This document shows, in pieces, positions 54,283 through 64,000 of a stretch of 64,000 bases of DNA. A program made the position numbers and the translations under genes. The DNA is from a virus. The notes under the pieces were generated by a model. The model saw only the letters and a program-made list of their open reading frames with translations. It searched no databases and had not been told where the DNA came from. The stretch lies in the IMG/VR virus record IMGVR_UViG_3300027747_000004, positions 46,995-110,994 of that record; one strand, written 5' to 3'. Position 1 is the stretch's first letter; each line of letters begins with the position of its first letter.

Positions 54283-56778
54283 ATGGCTCTTGAAATGCCC
54301 ATCCCACAAGACTATGACCGCTTTATTGACGGCATTGCTGACGAGCCTGAGGCGCATGAGTCTGAAGTCGAGCTTTTCAGCAATGTCGACTCTGACGTTG
54401 AAGAGCTAGAAGACGGCTCAGCAATTGTTCATATGCCCGATCTCAAAGGGCCTGATGATGACCCTGACTTCTACGAAAACTTGGCAGACACGCTTGATAG
54501 TGGAATGCTTGGCGAGCTAGCAATCAAGTACTTGGATTTGATTGAGAAAGACAAAGAAGCTCGTGAAGATCGTGACAAGCAATACGAAGACGGGCTGCGT
54601 CGTACAGGCCTTGGCGCAGATGCGCCGGGCGGAGCGCAGTTCTTAGGCGCATCAAAGGTGGTCCATCCTGTCATGGCCGAGGCGTGTGTGGACTTCGCGG
54701 CACGTGCCATTAAAGAACTATTTCCTGCGGACGGACCTGTCAAGACGAAGATCGTGGGTGACATGGGGCAGGACAAAGTTGATCGTGCAGAGCGCAAACG
54801 CGACTACATGAACTGGCAATTGACTGAGCAAATTGAAGAGTACCGCGACGAGCAAGAGCAAATGCTTACGCAACTGCCACTTGGCGGATCGCAATACATC
54901 AAAATGTGGTGGGATGACCAGCTGCGTCGCCCACGTGCAGAGTTCATTCCCATTGACAACATTTACTTGCCATTTGCAGCAGGCAACTTCTACACTGCCA
55001 GTCGCATGACTGAAGTGCAAGACATCACGCAAGAAGAATACGACATGCGTGTTGACACAGGGTTGTATGTTGACACTGACATCTTCAGAACGTCAATGGC
55101 GCCTGATGAGACCAAGGCTGAAAAAGCCAACGACAAGATTGAAGGTCGCCGTCAAAAAGCTGAGAATATCGATGGCGTGCGCCGTGTATTCCACATTTGC
55201 ACGTGGTTGAATCTTGAAGACGACAAGTTTAGCGAAGGTGAACGTGCGCCCTACATTCTCATGATTGATGAGACATCACGTGATGTGGTAGGCCTGTATC
55301 GCAATTGGGAGAATGGCGATGATGCGCGTGCTAAGCTTGATTGGATCATTGAGTTTAAGTTCATTCCTTGGCGAGGTGCTTATGCAATCGGGCTTCCACA
55401 TCTTATTGGAGGCTTGTCTGCTGCTCTCACCGGTGCTTTGCGTGCTTTGCTTGACTCAGCGCACATCAACAACGCGCCCACAATGCTTAAGCTTAAAGGC
55501 GCAAAGATCTCCGGCCAAAGCACTGTCATTGAGCCTACACAAGTAGCAGAGATCGAAGGCGCGCCGGGCGTGGATGACATTCGCAAGATTGCCATGCCTG
55601 TGCCGTTCAATGGCCCAAGCCCGGTGCTGCTGCAATTGCTTGGCATCTTAACCGATGCTGCAAAAGGCGTGGTCACCACCAGCGAAGAAAAGATTGCTGA
55701 TGTCACATCTAACGCGCCTGTAGGCACCACACAAGCTTTGATTGAGCAAGGCGCTGCGGTGTTTAGCTCCATCCACTCACGACTGCATGACTCGCAACGT
55801 CGTGTTTTCAAGGTGCTGGCGCGTATCAACCGCTGGTACTTGGATGAGCAGCGCAAGAGTGAGATGTCGCAAGACATGAAAGTCACTCAAGCTGACTTCA
55901 CATCTAACTCTGACGTCATCCCGGTCAGCGACCCACACATCTTTGCTGAAAGCCAACGTTATGCGCAAATCCAGACGCTTGCTGCTCGTGCACAAGCAAA
56001 CCCCGATTTGTACAACCGCTTGGAAGTTGAAAAGCGTATCTTAAAGCAGATCAAGCTGCCTGATATTCCTGCAGTGCTGCCTGACCCTCAAGAATTGCAT
56101 GACATGAACCCTGCGCTTGAGAATGTTGCCATGACAATTGGCAAGCCGGTTGGCGCCTTCCCTGCGCAAGATCATATTGCGCACTTCAAAGTGCATTTGG
56201 CGTACGCTATGGATCCACTGTTTGGTGGCAATCCTGCTATTGCGCCTGGGTTTATCCCGCAATGCTTGGAGCACTTAAAGCAGCACTTGACGCTGTGGTA
56301 CCTTACCATGGCAGATGGCTACACTAGCACGGCACTTGGGCACCCATACAATGTGCTCAAAGTGGAGCCTACCATGCGTGAAGCGCAGCAGTTGCTTGCA
56401 GTTGCAGCGCAACACGTGCATCAAGACGCTGCTGAGCAATTGCAGCAGGTGGGCCAAGTGATGGCGCAAATGATGCAGCAACTCCAGCAAATGTCGCAAC
56501 AATCTGCACCGCCTGACCCAAGTATCATGGCCCAGGTGCAAATGCTGGGTCAAACAGCAATGGCTGAGACGCAACGCAAAGCGCAAAAAGACCAAGCTGA
56601 CGTGCAACTTGCTCAGCAAAAACTGCAAGCGCAGCAAGTTGAAAACACTGAGAATAACATGGTCCAAGAACGAATCAAGGCAGCGGAACTTTCGAGGGAC
56701 GCTGTAAAGCTGCAGCATGAGCAACTGCAAACTTCACTTGCTGCTCAACGTGAAATGCAATCTAATATAGGAGCTTAA
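54283..56778 (+). CDS. Portal protein, copy 2 (complete)
   Basis: FYENLA, GAS.VVHPV..EA, GPVKTKI, LPLGGS...K.W; 831 aa; follows the terminase region. Confidence 0.9.
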   Translation: MALEMPIPQDYDRFIDGIADEPEAHESEVELFSNVDSDVEELEDGSAIVHMPDLKGPDDDPDFYENLADTLDSGMLGELAIKYLDLIEKDKEAREDRDKQYEDGLRRTGLGADAPGGAQFLGASKVVHPVMAEACVDFAARAIKELFPADGPVKTKIVGDMGQDKVDRAERKRDYMNWQLTEQIEEYRDEQEQMLTQLPLGGSQYIKMWWDDQLRRPRAEFIPIDNIYLPFAAGNFYTASRMTEVQDITQEEYDMRVDTGLYVDTDIFRTSMAPDETKAEKANDKIEGRRQKAENIDGVRRVFHICTWLNLEDDKFSEGERAPYILMIDETSRDVVGLYRNWENGDDARAKLDWIIEFKFIPWRGAYAIGLPHLIGGLSAALTGALRALLDSAHINNAPTMLKLKGAKISGQSTVIEPTQVAEIEGAPGVDDIRKIAMPVPFNGPSPVLLQLLGILTDAAKGVVTTSEEKIADVTSNAPVGTTQALIEQGAAVFSSIHSRLHDSQRRVFKVLARINRWYLDEQRKSEMSQDMKVTQADFTSNSDVIPVSDPHIFAESQRYAQIQTLAARAQANPDLYNRLEVEKRILKQIKLPDIPAVLPDPQELHDMNPALENVAMTIGKPVGAFPAQDHIAHFKVHLAYAMDPLFGGNPAIAPGFIPQCLEHLKQHLTLWYLTMADGYTSTALGHPYNVLKVEPTMREAQQLLAVAAQHVHQDAAEQLQQVGQVMAQMMQQLQQMSQQSAPPDPSIMAQVQMLGQTAMAETQRKAQKDQADVQLAQQKLQAQQVENTENNMVQERIKAAELSRDAVKLQHEQLQTSLAAQREMQSNIGA

Positions 56779-56779
56779 T

Positions 56780-57121
56780 ATGAGCGAAGCAATCAACATG
56801 CACAAGCGCATTGCCATGGGTGAATCCGGTGCTGAAACTCACATGAAACGTGGCGGCAAAGTCGCCAAGTTTGCCAAAGGCGGGTCTGTAAAGAAGCCTG
56901 CCGAGATTATGTGGGATGAAGCACCTTCTGCACAGAAAAATAAGATGGGTGCGTATTCTGAAAAAGAAGCACAAACTCGAATTAATGATAGCAGCCAAAA
57001 GCTTCCTTACGCGAAGCCTACAGGCAAAATTGCCACCATGAAAAAAGGTGGGCATGCTAAAGGCGGACTCACAATTGCGATTGTGGCGCCTATGAAGAAG
57101 AGTGCCGGTCGAGCACGCTAA
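56780..57121 (+). CDS. Small basic KGG-motif protein
   Basis: SD AGGAG; MKRGG, FAKGG, MKKGG, HAKGG. Confidence 0.7.
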   Translation: MSEAINMHKRIAMGESGAETHMKRGGKVAKFAKGGSVKKPAEIMWDEAPSAQKNKMGAYSEKEAQTRINDSSQKLPYAKPTGKIATMKKGGHAKGGLTIAIVAPMKKSAGRAR

Positions 57122-57306
57122 TGCGAATTAGCGCACTCATAACCCTGATTAAGCAAAAGCAGCTGGAGATTGCTGACTCGATGGCACAAGGCCATTGTTC
57201 AAATTTTGAGAGCTACTTGCGCTTAACAGGGCGTCACGCAGGTTTGGAAGAAACCTTGCAGATTATCAACAACCTACTTGAAGAGGAAAAAAGAGATGAC
57301 ATTTGA
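57121..57306 (+). CDS. Small hypothetical protein
   Basis: Homolog of 1848..2018. Confidence 0.7.
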   Translation: MRISALITLIKQKQLEIADSMAQGHCSNFESYLRLTGRHAGLEETLQIINNLLEEEKRDDI

Positions 57307-57715
57307 TGTCGAACAAACGCTTGAAGAAGCGTTTCCAGTAATTGATCCGCTTATGGCGCCGTACGGCGCCCGTGTTCTCGTGCAGTTGAGAGCAGTGAAA
57401 GATAAGGTGACAAGTTCTGGCATTTACATCCCAGAGGAGTCTAAAGAGACCGAGAAATGGAACACCATGATCGGTAAAGTCTTGGCTGTTGGGCCTATTG
57501 CGTTCAAAAAGCGAGACACTATGGAGCCATGGCCGGAAGGTGTATGGTGCCAAGTTGGCGACTTTGTTCGCGTGCCTAAGTGGGGCGGCGATCGTTGGGA
57601 AGTAGACTTTGAAGAAAATGGCGCAAAAGGCAAAGCGCTGTTCACGTTCTTTAATGACCATGAGATTATTGGCAAAGTGACCGGTGACCCTCGTGCGATT
57701 AAAGCTTTCATCTAA
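57296..57715 (+). CDS. GroES-like co-chaperonin, copy 2
   Basis: PYGARVLVQ...TSSGIYIP...GKVLAVGP...VGDFV...NDHEIIGKV. Confidence 0.8.
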   Translation: MTFDVEQTLEEAFPVIDPLMAPYGARVLVQLRAVKDKVTSSGIYIPEESKETEKWNTMIGKVLAVGPIAFKKRDTMEPWPEGVWCQVGDFVRVPKWGGDRWEVDFEENGAKGKALFTFFNDHEIIGKVTGDPRAIKAFI

Positions 57716-57733
57716 GTTTTGAAGGGAAAACTT

Positions 57734-58723
57734 ATGACTTCTACAGATAAGATGGAAATGCAGGTGGCGGAAGAGCAAGATGGCGGCGCAGTCGTTGTTT
57801 TGCCTGACAATATTGCATCTCCGCAAGCAGATACTGATTCGTTGGTGCACTCAGATGGCTCGGGCACGGACGATATGGGTGGTTCATCACAACAAAATGA
57901 TGGATTGGACCACGACCCCAACCGCGAAGCCATTCGTGCTGCACGGCGGGAAGAGCGAAAGCTCAAAAAGCAGCTTCACCGTGAAAAAGCACGTGAATCT
58001 TCACACTTGGTCAACGCTCTGAAGCAGCAAAATCAAGCTTTGTCAGAGCGACTAGCCAATATTGAGCAGCGAACGTCAGGCGCAGAGCTTGCGCGCGTTG
58101 ATAAAGCCATTGAAGATGCTGGCGTGCAGGTTGAATACGCCAAAATGAAGATGCAAAATGCCGTTGAAAGCAAAGACGGGCAAGGCGTAACCACTGCGCA
58201 GCAAATGTGGTTTGACGCACAGCGTAAATTGGAGTCTTTGACCTCTTTGAAGCAGCAGGCTACCAAGCAAATGTCGCAGCCTAAGCAAAACATTGCGCAG
58301 CCTGACCCAATTGTTAAGCAAATGGCATCTGAGTGGATGGAAGAGAACCCATGGTATGACCCTAGTGGCAAGAATGAGGAGTCTCAAATTGCCCAAGTCA
58401 TTGATAAGCGCCTTACAAGTGAAGGTTTTGACCCCACGACTCAAGAATATTGGGACGAATTGAGTGATCGATTGCAAAAGTACATACCAAATTCTCAGAG
58501 ACAGGGGTATAATGACTCTAATGCAAGAACCCAAAGGCCCAGGTCTGTTATGACAAGTTCAGGTCGTGAAACTACCGCAACTACAAAATCGAATGAGTTT
58601 CGATTGAGTCCCGCACGTGTGCAGGCAATGAAAGACGCAGGTTTGTGGAACGACCCAACAGCACGTCAAAATGCCATTCGCAAATATGCTGAATGGGACC
58701 GTAGTAACAAGACAAGGAGCTAA
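57734..58723 (+). CDS. Putative capsid scaffolding protein, copy 2
   Basis: Homolog of 2564..3532 (W...N.WY.P, YWDEL..RL, AMKDAG.W). Confidence 0.6.
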   Translation: MTSTDKMEMQVAEEQDGGAVVVLPDNIASPQADTDSLVHSDGSGTDDMGGSSQQNDGLDHDPNREAIRAARREERKLKKQLHREKARESSHLVNALKQQNQALSERLANIEQRTSGAELARVDKAIEDAGVQVEYAKMKMQNAVESKDGQGVTTAQQMWFDAQRKLESLTSLKQQATKQMSQPKQNIAQPDPIVKQMASEWMEENPWYDPSGKNEESQIAQVIDKRLTSEGFDPTTQEYWDELSDRLQKYIPNSQRQGYNDSNARTQRPRSVMTSSGRETTATTKSNEFRLSPARVQAMKDAGLWNDPTARQNAIRKYAEWDRSNKTRS

Positions 58724-58725
58724 TC

Positions 58726-59259
58726 ATGGATGACCGTTTGAAACGAAATAATCGCCTCGGCCGTGAGTCACGTGGGCAAGAAGACGCATCGCGTCGTGCA
58801 CCCGAGGAACAGTTTGTATCGTCTGAGGAGCGCCGTAGGGCATTCCGTTCGGAGTGGCTGCAAGAAGCACTTCCGACCCCACCTGAGATTTCGGGTTTTC
58901 ATTTGTGCTGGCTTTCTTCTAACAACCAGTATGACCCCATTCATAAACGCACACGCTTGGGCTATACGCCCGTGAAAGCCGAGGAATTGCCCGGCTTTGA
59001 GACTTATAAAGTCAAAGCAGGCGAGCATGAAGGCTTTGTTGCATGCAACGAAATGCTTTTGTACAAAATCCCAATGGACATTTATCAGGACTTAATGGCA
59101 GAAATGCATCATTACGCTCCGTTGGATGAACAAGAAAAGATTCAAGTACAGCAAAATCAGTTGCTTGGTGCCAAAGACCGCGGTGGCCAACCACTGGTGC
59201 GTATTGAAGGCGACGGCATGAAATTTGACCAAACCGCACCCGTACCGATGTTCGGGTAA
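58726..59259 (+). CDS. Conserved head-module hypothetical protein, copy 2
   Basis: Homolog of 3535..4083. Confidence 0.7.
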   Translation: MDDRLKRNNRLGRESRGQEDASRRAPEEQFVSSEERRRAFRSEWLQEALPTPPEISGFHLCWLSSNNQYDPIHKRTRLGYTPVKAEELPGFETYKVKAGEHEGFVACNEMLLYKIPMDIYQDLMAEMHHYAPLDEQEKIQVQQNQLLGAKDRGGQPLVRIEGDGMKFDQTAPVPMFG

Positions 59260-59277
59260 CACAATTTAGGAGTTTTT

Positions 59278-59871
59278 ATGAGTGCTACCTCTGCTCCGTT
59301 CGGTTTGCGTCCCGCGTTTCATCCTTCGGGTCTGGATCGTGCTCAGGCGCTTACCAACGGTATTACCTCTGGCTATAGCAATAACATTCTGAAAGGACAA
59401 CCTGTTGCATACAGCGCGTCTGCAGGCGTTATTGTCCCTCTTCTCACTGCACCTGCTGCTGGCTCTGCCGTAGCTTGGTCCGGCGCATTCCAAGGTGTTG
59501 AGTTTACTGACACCACTGGACGTCGTCGTGTATCCAACTACTGGCCTGCTAGTACGTCTGCTACCAACATCATTGCGTATTTCTACAATGACAACAACAT
59601 TGTGTATGAAATTCAATCTGATGGCACTATGGCACAAACCACTATTGGTGGTGAGTACAACTTCACTAATACAACCTCGGGCTCTACTGTTACAGGCTTG
59701 TCGCAGTGCACTTTGGGTGCTTCGACCGCTGCAAGTAATGGCGTGCAAGGTCAAATGCGTGTAGTTGACATTTCTGACGTACCCGGCAATGCTTGGGGTG
59801 ATGCATATGTCATCGTTCGTGTTGTTAATGCGCAGTCGCAGTTCTTCGGCGCTTTCACTGCTATTGCATAA
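59278..59871 (+). CDS. Putative capsid decoration/cement protein, copy 2
   Basis: Close homolog of 4097..4696. Confidence 0.6.
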   Translation: MSATSAPFGLRPAFHPSGLDRAQALTNGITSGYSNNILKGQPVAYSASAGVIVPLLTAPAAGSAVAWSGAFQGVEFTDTTGRRRVSNYWPASTSATNIIAYFYNDNNIVYEIQSDGTMAQTTIGGEYNFTNTTSGSTVTGLSQCTLGASTAASNGVQGQMRVVDISDVPGNAWGDAYVIVRVVNAQSQFFGAFTAIA

Positions 59872-59883
59872 GGAGAATAAATA

Positions 59884-60798
59884 ATGGCTGCACCAATGAG
59901 AAGTACGGACTTTCGGAGCATCGTCGAGCCTATCCTCAACGAAGCTTTCGATGGAGTCTACGACCAACGCGCCGACGAGTGGTCCACGGTTTTCCGTGAA
60001 CAATCCGGCATCCCACGTAACTACCACGAAGAGCCCGTCCTGTATGGTTTCGGCGCGGCGCCTCAGTTGCCTGACGGTTCGCCTGTGTCGTACCAACAAG
60101 GTGGCGTGTTGTTCTTGCAACGTTACGTCTACCAAGTATTCGGTCTTGCTTTTGCACTGACCAAAGTCTTGGTTGAAGATGGCGACCACATCCGCATCGG
60201 TCAGGTATACGCTAAGCACTTGGCACAATCTTTGGTGGAAACCAAAGAGCTGCTGTGCGCTAACATCCTGAATCGCGCTTTCAATAGCTCGTATACCGGT
60301 GGTGATGGCGTGTCGCTGATCAACACTGCTCACCCGATCGCCGCTGGCTCGTTTAGCAATCAGTTGTCTACTGCTGCTAATCTGTCGCAAACGTCGCTGG
60401 AGCAAATGTTGATTCAAGTGCGTCAAGCAGTTGACAACAACGGCAAGAAGATTCGTTTGCAACCCGTAAAGCTGGTTGTTGCCCCCGGCAACGTGTTCCA
60501 AGCTGAAGTGTTGCTGAAGTCTGTTTTGCGTACCGGCACCGCTAACAATGACATCAACCCGATCAAATCGATTGGCTTGCTGCCCGAAGGCGCTTCCGTT
60601 ATCAGCCGTTTGACTTCTGCCACCAATTGGTGGGTACAAACCGACGCGCCTGAAGGCTTGAAGCTGATGATGCGTCGTGCTTTGGAGAAGACCATGGAAG
60701 GTGACTTTGAAACCGATAGCATGCGCTATAAGGCTACCGAGCGTTACATTCCTAACTGGACTGACCCTCGCTGCGTATACGGCACACCCGGCGTATAA
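59884..60798 (+). CDS. Major capsid protein, copy 2
   Basis: 304 aa; about 43 substitutions versus copy 1 by manual count (~86% identity). Confidence 0.85.
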   Translation: MAAPMRSTDFRSIVEPILNEAFDGVYDQRADEWSTVFREQSGIPRNYHEEPVLYGFGAAPQLPDGSPVSYQQGGVLFLQRYVYQVFGLAFALTKVLVEDGDHIRIGQVYAKHLAQSLVETKELLCANILNRAFNSSYTGGDGVSLINTAHPIAAGSFSNQLSTAANLSQTSLEQMLIQVRQAVDNNGKKIRLQPVKLVVAPGNVFQAEVLLKSVLRTGTANNDINPIKSIGLLPEGASVISRLTSATNWWVQTDAPEGLKLMMRRALEKTMEGDFETDSMRYKATERYIPNWTDPRCVYGTPGV

Positions 60799-60804
60799 GC
60801 CGAC

Positions 60805-60836
60805 GGGGCTGGCTAATCCCCAGCCCCCTTTTTTTT
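60805..60836 (+). terminator. Rho-independent terminator after capsid copy 2
   Basis: GGGGCTGG/CCAGCCCC stem followed by a T8 run. Confidence 0.85.
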
Positions 60837-60868
60837 AATCTTGTCATACTTTTCATGGAGCAGACAAA

Positions 60869-62191
60869 ATGCCTCAATTTTCTGATGATCTCTTTTTAGG
60901 TACTGCGCAATCTTATGCCGGTATCAACGCCAACAACCCTTTGGGCAATCCTGCGCCAATGGATCTTGGCTTTGGCCCTATGGGTCGTGTTTATTTGCTG
61001 GATGAAACTCCTGCAACTGTAACAACTGCTGCTATTTTGGCAGCTTCAAGCCCTGCTTCTGCAACTACTGCAACAACTTATAGCGGTACTTCGCTTGCAG
61101 CTGCTAGCGCTACTGCAGGTGTGACTCGCGTAATTCGCACAGACGGCACTACTGTCGATCAAATGGATTATCCTCGTGCTGTTAGCGTGTCTACTGGTGC
61201 GTTTACCGCTGCTACGTTTGTAACAGCCAACATCACATCATCCAACACTACTGGTTCATTTGCAGTTGCAACAACCCCTTTGGTTGGATTGGCTGTTGGT
61301 CAAACAGTAACTGTAACTGGCACAAATAGCGGAACTTCCACTCTTGCCGCAGGTACTTACCTGATCTCTGCAACCAATGGCACAACCACCTTCACGTTGG
61401 TGACTACTGCTGGTGCGGCAATTACAACCGTTACCTCTGGCACAAACACTGGTTTGACTTTTGCCAACGCATTGACTGCTGTATCTGTGCTTGTTTCAGG
61501 CTATGACTACTACGGTCAGCCAATGAGTGAGTACATTAACACTAGCACTTCTGCTTCTACTGCGGTGAACGGACGCAAAGCATTCTACCAAGTGGCTTCC
61601 GTGTCTATGGTGGCATCCGGCGGCGCAATTTCTGTTGACAACACCAAGGTGATGGGTTTGCCTGCTAAAGTGACTGACCCTGCGTACGTGTTGACCTCTA
61701 AGTTCAGCGCAGGCACGATTGATAACACAAGTGGCGTAACGTCTGGGTTAGGCGGTGGTACTACCAACTACTCTACTCAAGCCGTGTCAGGTTTGACAAT
61801 TGCTTCTCCCGGCGTATTTACCGTAGCTTACTCACCCCCCAGTGGCACGCTAGTTTCTTTCACCGGAACTATTGGATCGTTGACTGGCGTATCGTTGAAT
61901 ACAACTTACTGGTGGACAAATGCATCTGGCACTACTGGAAGCATTTCCACTACGCAGGCGAATTACTTGGCAGGCACCAAAGTTAACACTGGTGGTTCTT
62001 ACACAGCCAATGCATTGAACTTAGTACCTTCAAGCGTATCTAGCCCTACAACGCCTGATGTGCGCGGCACTTATGCCATCTCTGGTACGCCAGATGGTAG
62101 CAAGCGTTTGCTGGTTAGTATGGGACTGACTGCAATTCAAGTCGGCCCTAATTCCACTCGTGCAGGTTTGCTTGGTTCTGACCAAGCCTAA
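60869..62191 (+). CDS. Thr/Ser/Gly-rich virion structural protein, copy 2
   Basis: Homolog of 5703..6953. Confidence 0.6.
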   Translation: MPQFSDDLFLGTAQSYAGINANNPLGNPAPMDLGFGPMGRVYLLDETPATVTTAAILAASSPASATTATTYSGTSLAAASATAGVTRVIRTDGTTVDQMDYPRAVSVSTGAFTAATFVTANITSSNTTGSFAVATTPLVGLAVGQTVTVTGTNSGTSTLAAGTYLISATNGTTTFTLVTTAGAAITTVTSGTNTGLTFANALTAVSVLVSGYDYYGQPMSEYINTSTSASTAVNGRKAFYQVASVSMVASGGAISVDNTKVMGLPAKVTDPAYVLTSKFSAGTIDNTSGVTSGLGGGTTNYSTQAVSGLTIASPGVFTVAYSPPSGTLVSFTGTIGSLTGVSLNTTYWWTNASGTTGSISTTQANYLAGTKVNTGGSYTANALNLVPSSVSSPTTPDVRGTYAISGTPDGSKRLLVSMGLTAIQVGPNSTRAGLLGSDQA

Positions 62192-62203
62192 TAGGAGGTC
62201 ATC

Positions 62204-63001
62204 ATGGGACAATTCAAACCAATGGATAAGATGGAGACTACCGAGCCTTCAGTTGAGCTGAAACTTAAAAAAGGTGGTCAAGCAAAAGGCAAGCACATGG
62301 CTGATGGGGGTGTACCTATGGCTGCGCCTCGTATGTCACCAGCGATGGCCTCTCGTGCACGAGCGATGGCACGTCCTCGCATGGCGCTTATAGCGCCATC
62401 TACTGCGGCTGGCCCAATGAAAAAAGGCGGCAAAGCTGAAGGCGGTAAGTCAGATATGGCGCAAGACAAAGCCATGATCAAAAAAGCTTTTAAAGAGCAT
62501 GACGCGCAAGAGCACAAAGGTGGCAAAGGCACTCACTTGAATCTGAAGCATGGCGGTAAAACACACCACTATGCAAAAGGTGGTGGTGTTGCTGATGTAG
62601 GCTCTGATGATGTAGGCGGCTTGGAAGGTGGCATTGAAGCCACTAAATCAGTTGCTGACAAAACTGGTGGCGTTCGTAGCCCTGGCTACAAAAAAGGTGG
62701 TGCAATTAACCCAAATCTCAAGCCTAGCAGCGCAAAGCAAACCAAAAGTTTTAGCACCAAAACTGCAGGTGTTGAGGGCCGCGGCTTTAAAAAGGGTGGA
62801 ACTGTGTCTGCTAGCGTTGCAAACCAGTACAAAAACACCAAAGTGCAAGATGGTGAAAACATGCCTGCGAAAAAAGGCACTACAAAGTCTATTCATCAAG
62901 TACCTGCTGGATACAAAACAGGTGGGCATGTTATGCATAGCGCAATGAGCAAAGGCGGTTCTTGTGGGCACATGCCCATGAAAAAAGGCGGCCGTTGCTA
63001 A
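62204..63001 (+). CDS. Lys/Gly-rich KKGG repeat protein, copy 2
   Basis: Homolog of 6967..8523 (M.KM.T.EPS..LKLKKGG; D.AQD.AMIKKA). Confidence 0.7.
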   Translation: MGQFKPMDKMETTEPSVELKLKKGGQAKGKHMADGGVPMAAPRMSPAMASRARAMARPRMALIAPSTAAGPMKKGGKAEGGKSDMAQDKAMIKKAFKEHDAQEHKGGKGTHLNLKHGGKTHHYAKGGGVADVGSDDVGGLEGGIEATKSVADKTGGVRSPGYKKGGAINPNLKPSSAKQTKSFSTKTAGVEGRGFKKGGTVSASVANQYKNTKVQDGENMPAKKGTTKSIHQVPAGYKTGGHVMHSAMSKGGSCGHMPMKKGGRC

Positions 63002-63005
63002 ATTA

Positions 63006-63031
63006 AGTAGGGGCTTCGGCCCCTGCTTTTT
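63006..63031 (+). terminator. Rho-independent terminator with UUCG tetraloop
   Basis: AGTAGGGGC-TTCG-GCCCCTGCT followed by a T run; nearly identical to 8525..8550. Confidence 0.9.
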
Positions 63032-63047
63032 AATTATTAGGTGAAGT

Positions 63048-64000
63048 ATGTCACAACAAATTGTTACCACAGGCCCATCATCGTCCACTGACAACCAGTT
63101 GCGCACGCAACTTGCTGTACGCTCTCCTGCGTATGATCCAGTGGATAAGATGCGTGTGTCTACGCCTCAAGCACTAATTGACACAGACTTTGAGTATGGC
63201 ACGCAGCCAACTAAGTGGGAGTCTATTGGCTTACAAAACAATCGTCAAAGCTGCTACTACATTGCGCAGTCCCCACTAACAATCACGGGCATCACGGGTG
63301 CAAACACCTTGAATGGAGGGTTTACGTTAGCAGGCACTTTCAGCTTGACCGCAGGCGACATCATCTACATTCAAAACTCCTTGAACACGGATTGCAATGG
63401 TTGGATGTATGTCACCACCACCTCAACAACCAGCGTCAATGTTCAAACAGCAGTAGGTACCACAATCCCTGCAACCAACTTCTACAACAGTGCAGGAACT
63501 TACGTCTACAAAGGCTACTTTTACTCGTCATGTGGGTTTAACCTGACAGGCACCAGCGCGGTAACTAATGTTGGTACAACGATCACGGTAACCACGACAA
63601 GCGCGCATGGTTTGAATGCAAACAGCTTGATCTACGTGGTTGGCTTGGGCGGTGGTACACCAGCCCCAAATGGCGCGTATATTGTTGCTACTGTACCTAC
63701 AGCAAATACGTTCACCTACATAGTCGCATCAGCGCCTACAGTTGCCATCACCAACACAGCAGGCGCAACCAACATATACGCACGACCTGCTGGTTATGTT
63801 GAAACTCGATCTTTTGACGGTGGCGTTGCATTCTCTGCTGGCTCTGCTGTTCCAAACCAACAGTTGATCCGCCAAACTCGTCGCTACTTCCGTTACCAAT
63901 CGGGAAAGGGCATCCAGTTTTCTACAGGTTCCTCGTTGAAGCCTTACTTGTTCAACCCATCGTTGAGTGCAAGCGGAACATCTATCGGCGCAACCATTAC
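63048..64000 (+). CDS. Structural protein, second copy of 8568..11195 (3'-truncated by the window edge)
   Basis: ATG at 63048 = 8568+54480; the frame stays open to the window end; identical from 63382. Confidence 0.9.
   Translation, partial: MSQQIVTTGPSSSTDNQLRTQLAVRSPAYDPVDKMRVSTPQALIDTDFEYGTQPTKWESIGLQNNRQSCYYIAQSPLTITGITGANTLNGGFTLAGTFSLTAGDIIYIQNSLNTDCNGWMYVTTTSTTSVNVQTAVGTTIPATNFYNSAGTYVYKGYFYSSCGFNLTGTSAVTNVGTTITVTTTSAHGLNANSLIYVVGLGGGTPAPNGAYIVATVPTANTFTYIVASAPTVAITNTAGATNIYARPAGYVETRSFDGGVAFSAGSAVPNQQLIRQTRRYFRYQSGKGIQFSTGSSLKPYLFNPSLSASGTSIGATI

Larger units (their letters stand above)
1..64000. mobile_element. Tailed bacteriophage (podovirus-like) sequence, about 1.17 genome equivalents; no host flanks visible
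   Basis: Terminase, portal, major capsid, tail fibres, lysis genes, family A polymerase and primase-helicase; gene order repeats with a ~54.5-55.2 kb offset. Confidence 0.95.

Noticed and set aside
59266-60639. 457-aa antisense ORF, and similar ones at 5958..7037, 6874..7776, 41238..41972 and 44876..45610
   Set aside because: Shadow frames of well-supported genes with biased codon usage; no motifs, and the 457-aa frame is not intact in the paralogous module.
1-64000. Prophage, tRNA genes or an alternative genetic code
   Set aside because: No integrase, repressor, att site or host genes; no cloverleaf noticed; genes are full-length and tightly packed under the standard code, with all three stop codons in use.

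Overview
The whole window is dsDNA tailed-phage sequence with a podovirus-like layout. I see no host genes, integrase, tRNA or CRISPR array. It holds slightly more than one genome equivalent. A ~54.5 kb unit runs from tail, lysis and internal-virion genes (+ strand) through a DNA-modification, replication and early-gene block (- strand) to primase-helicase, putative origin, terminases, a 1431-aa protein, portal and head module (+ strand). Upstream (1-8.5 kb) lies a second, more GC-rich, diverged copy of the portal-to-head module. The two copies converge to exact identity inside the next gene (8902-9520 = 63382-64000, offset 54,480 bp), which points to an inter-phage recombinant or concatemer, or to an assembly chimera of two related phages. 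The strongest candidate for new biology is a compact, probably cytosine-directed DNA hypermodification operon. It comprises a thymidylate-synthase-family enzyme with the dCMP-type Asp, a dNMP kinase fused to a degenerate UDG-like domain, a GT-B-like glycosyltransferase and a small acidic-tailed protein, with a MazG-like dNTPase nearby. Also noted: candidate structured RNAs, a recurring promoter/leader motif, an 18-bp inverted repeat at the divergent control region, a TATTACA-iteron/IHF region, and a shared hydrophobic-x-x-G-G motif in putative internal proteins. All calls come from reading motifs by eye; no database searches were run.
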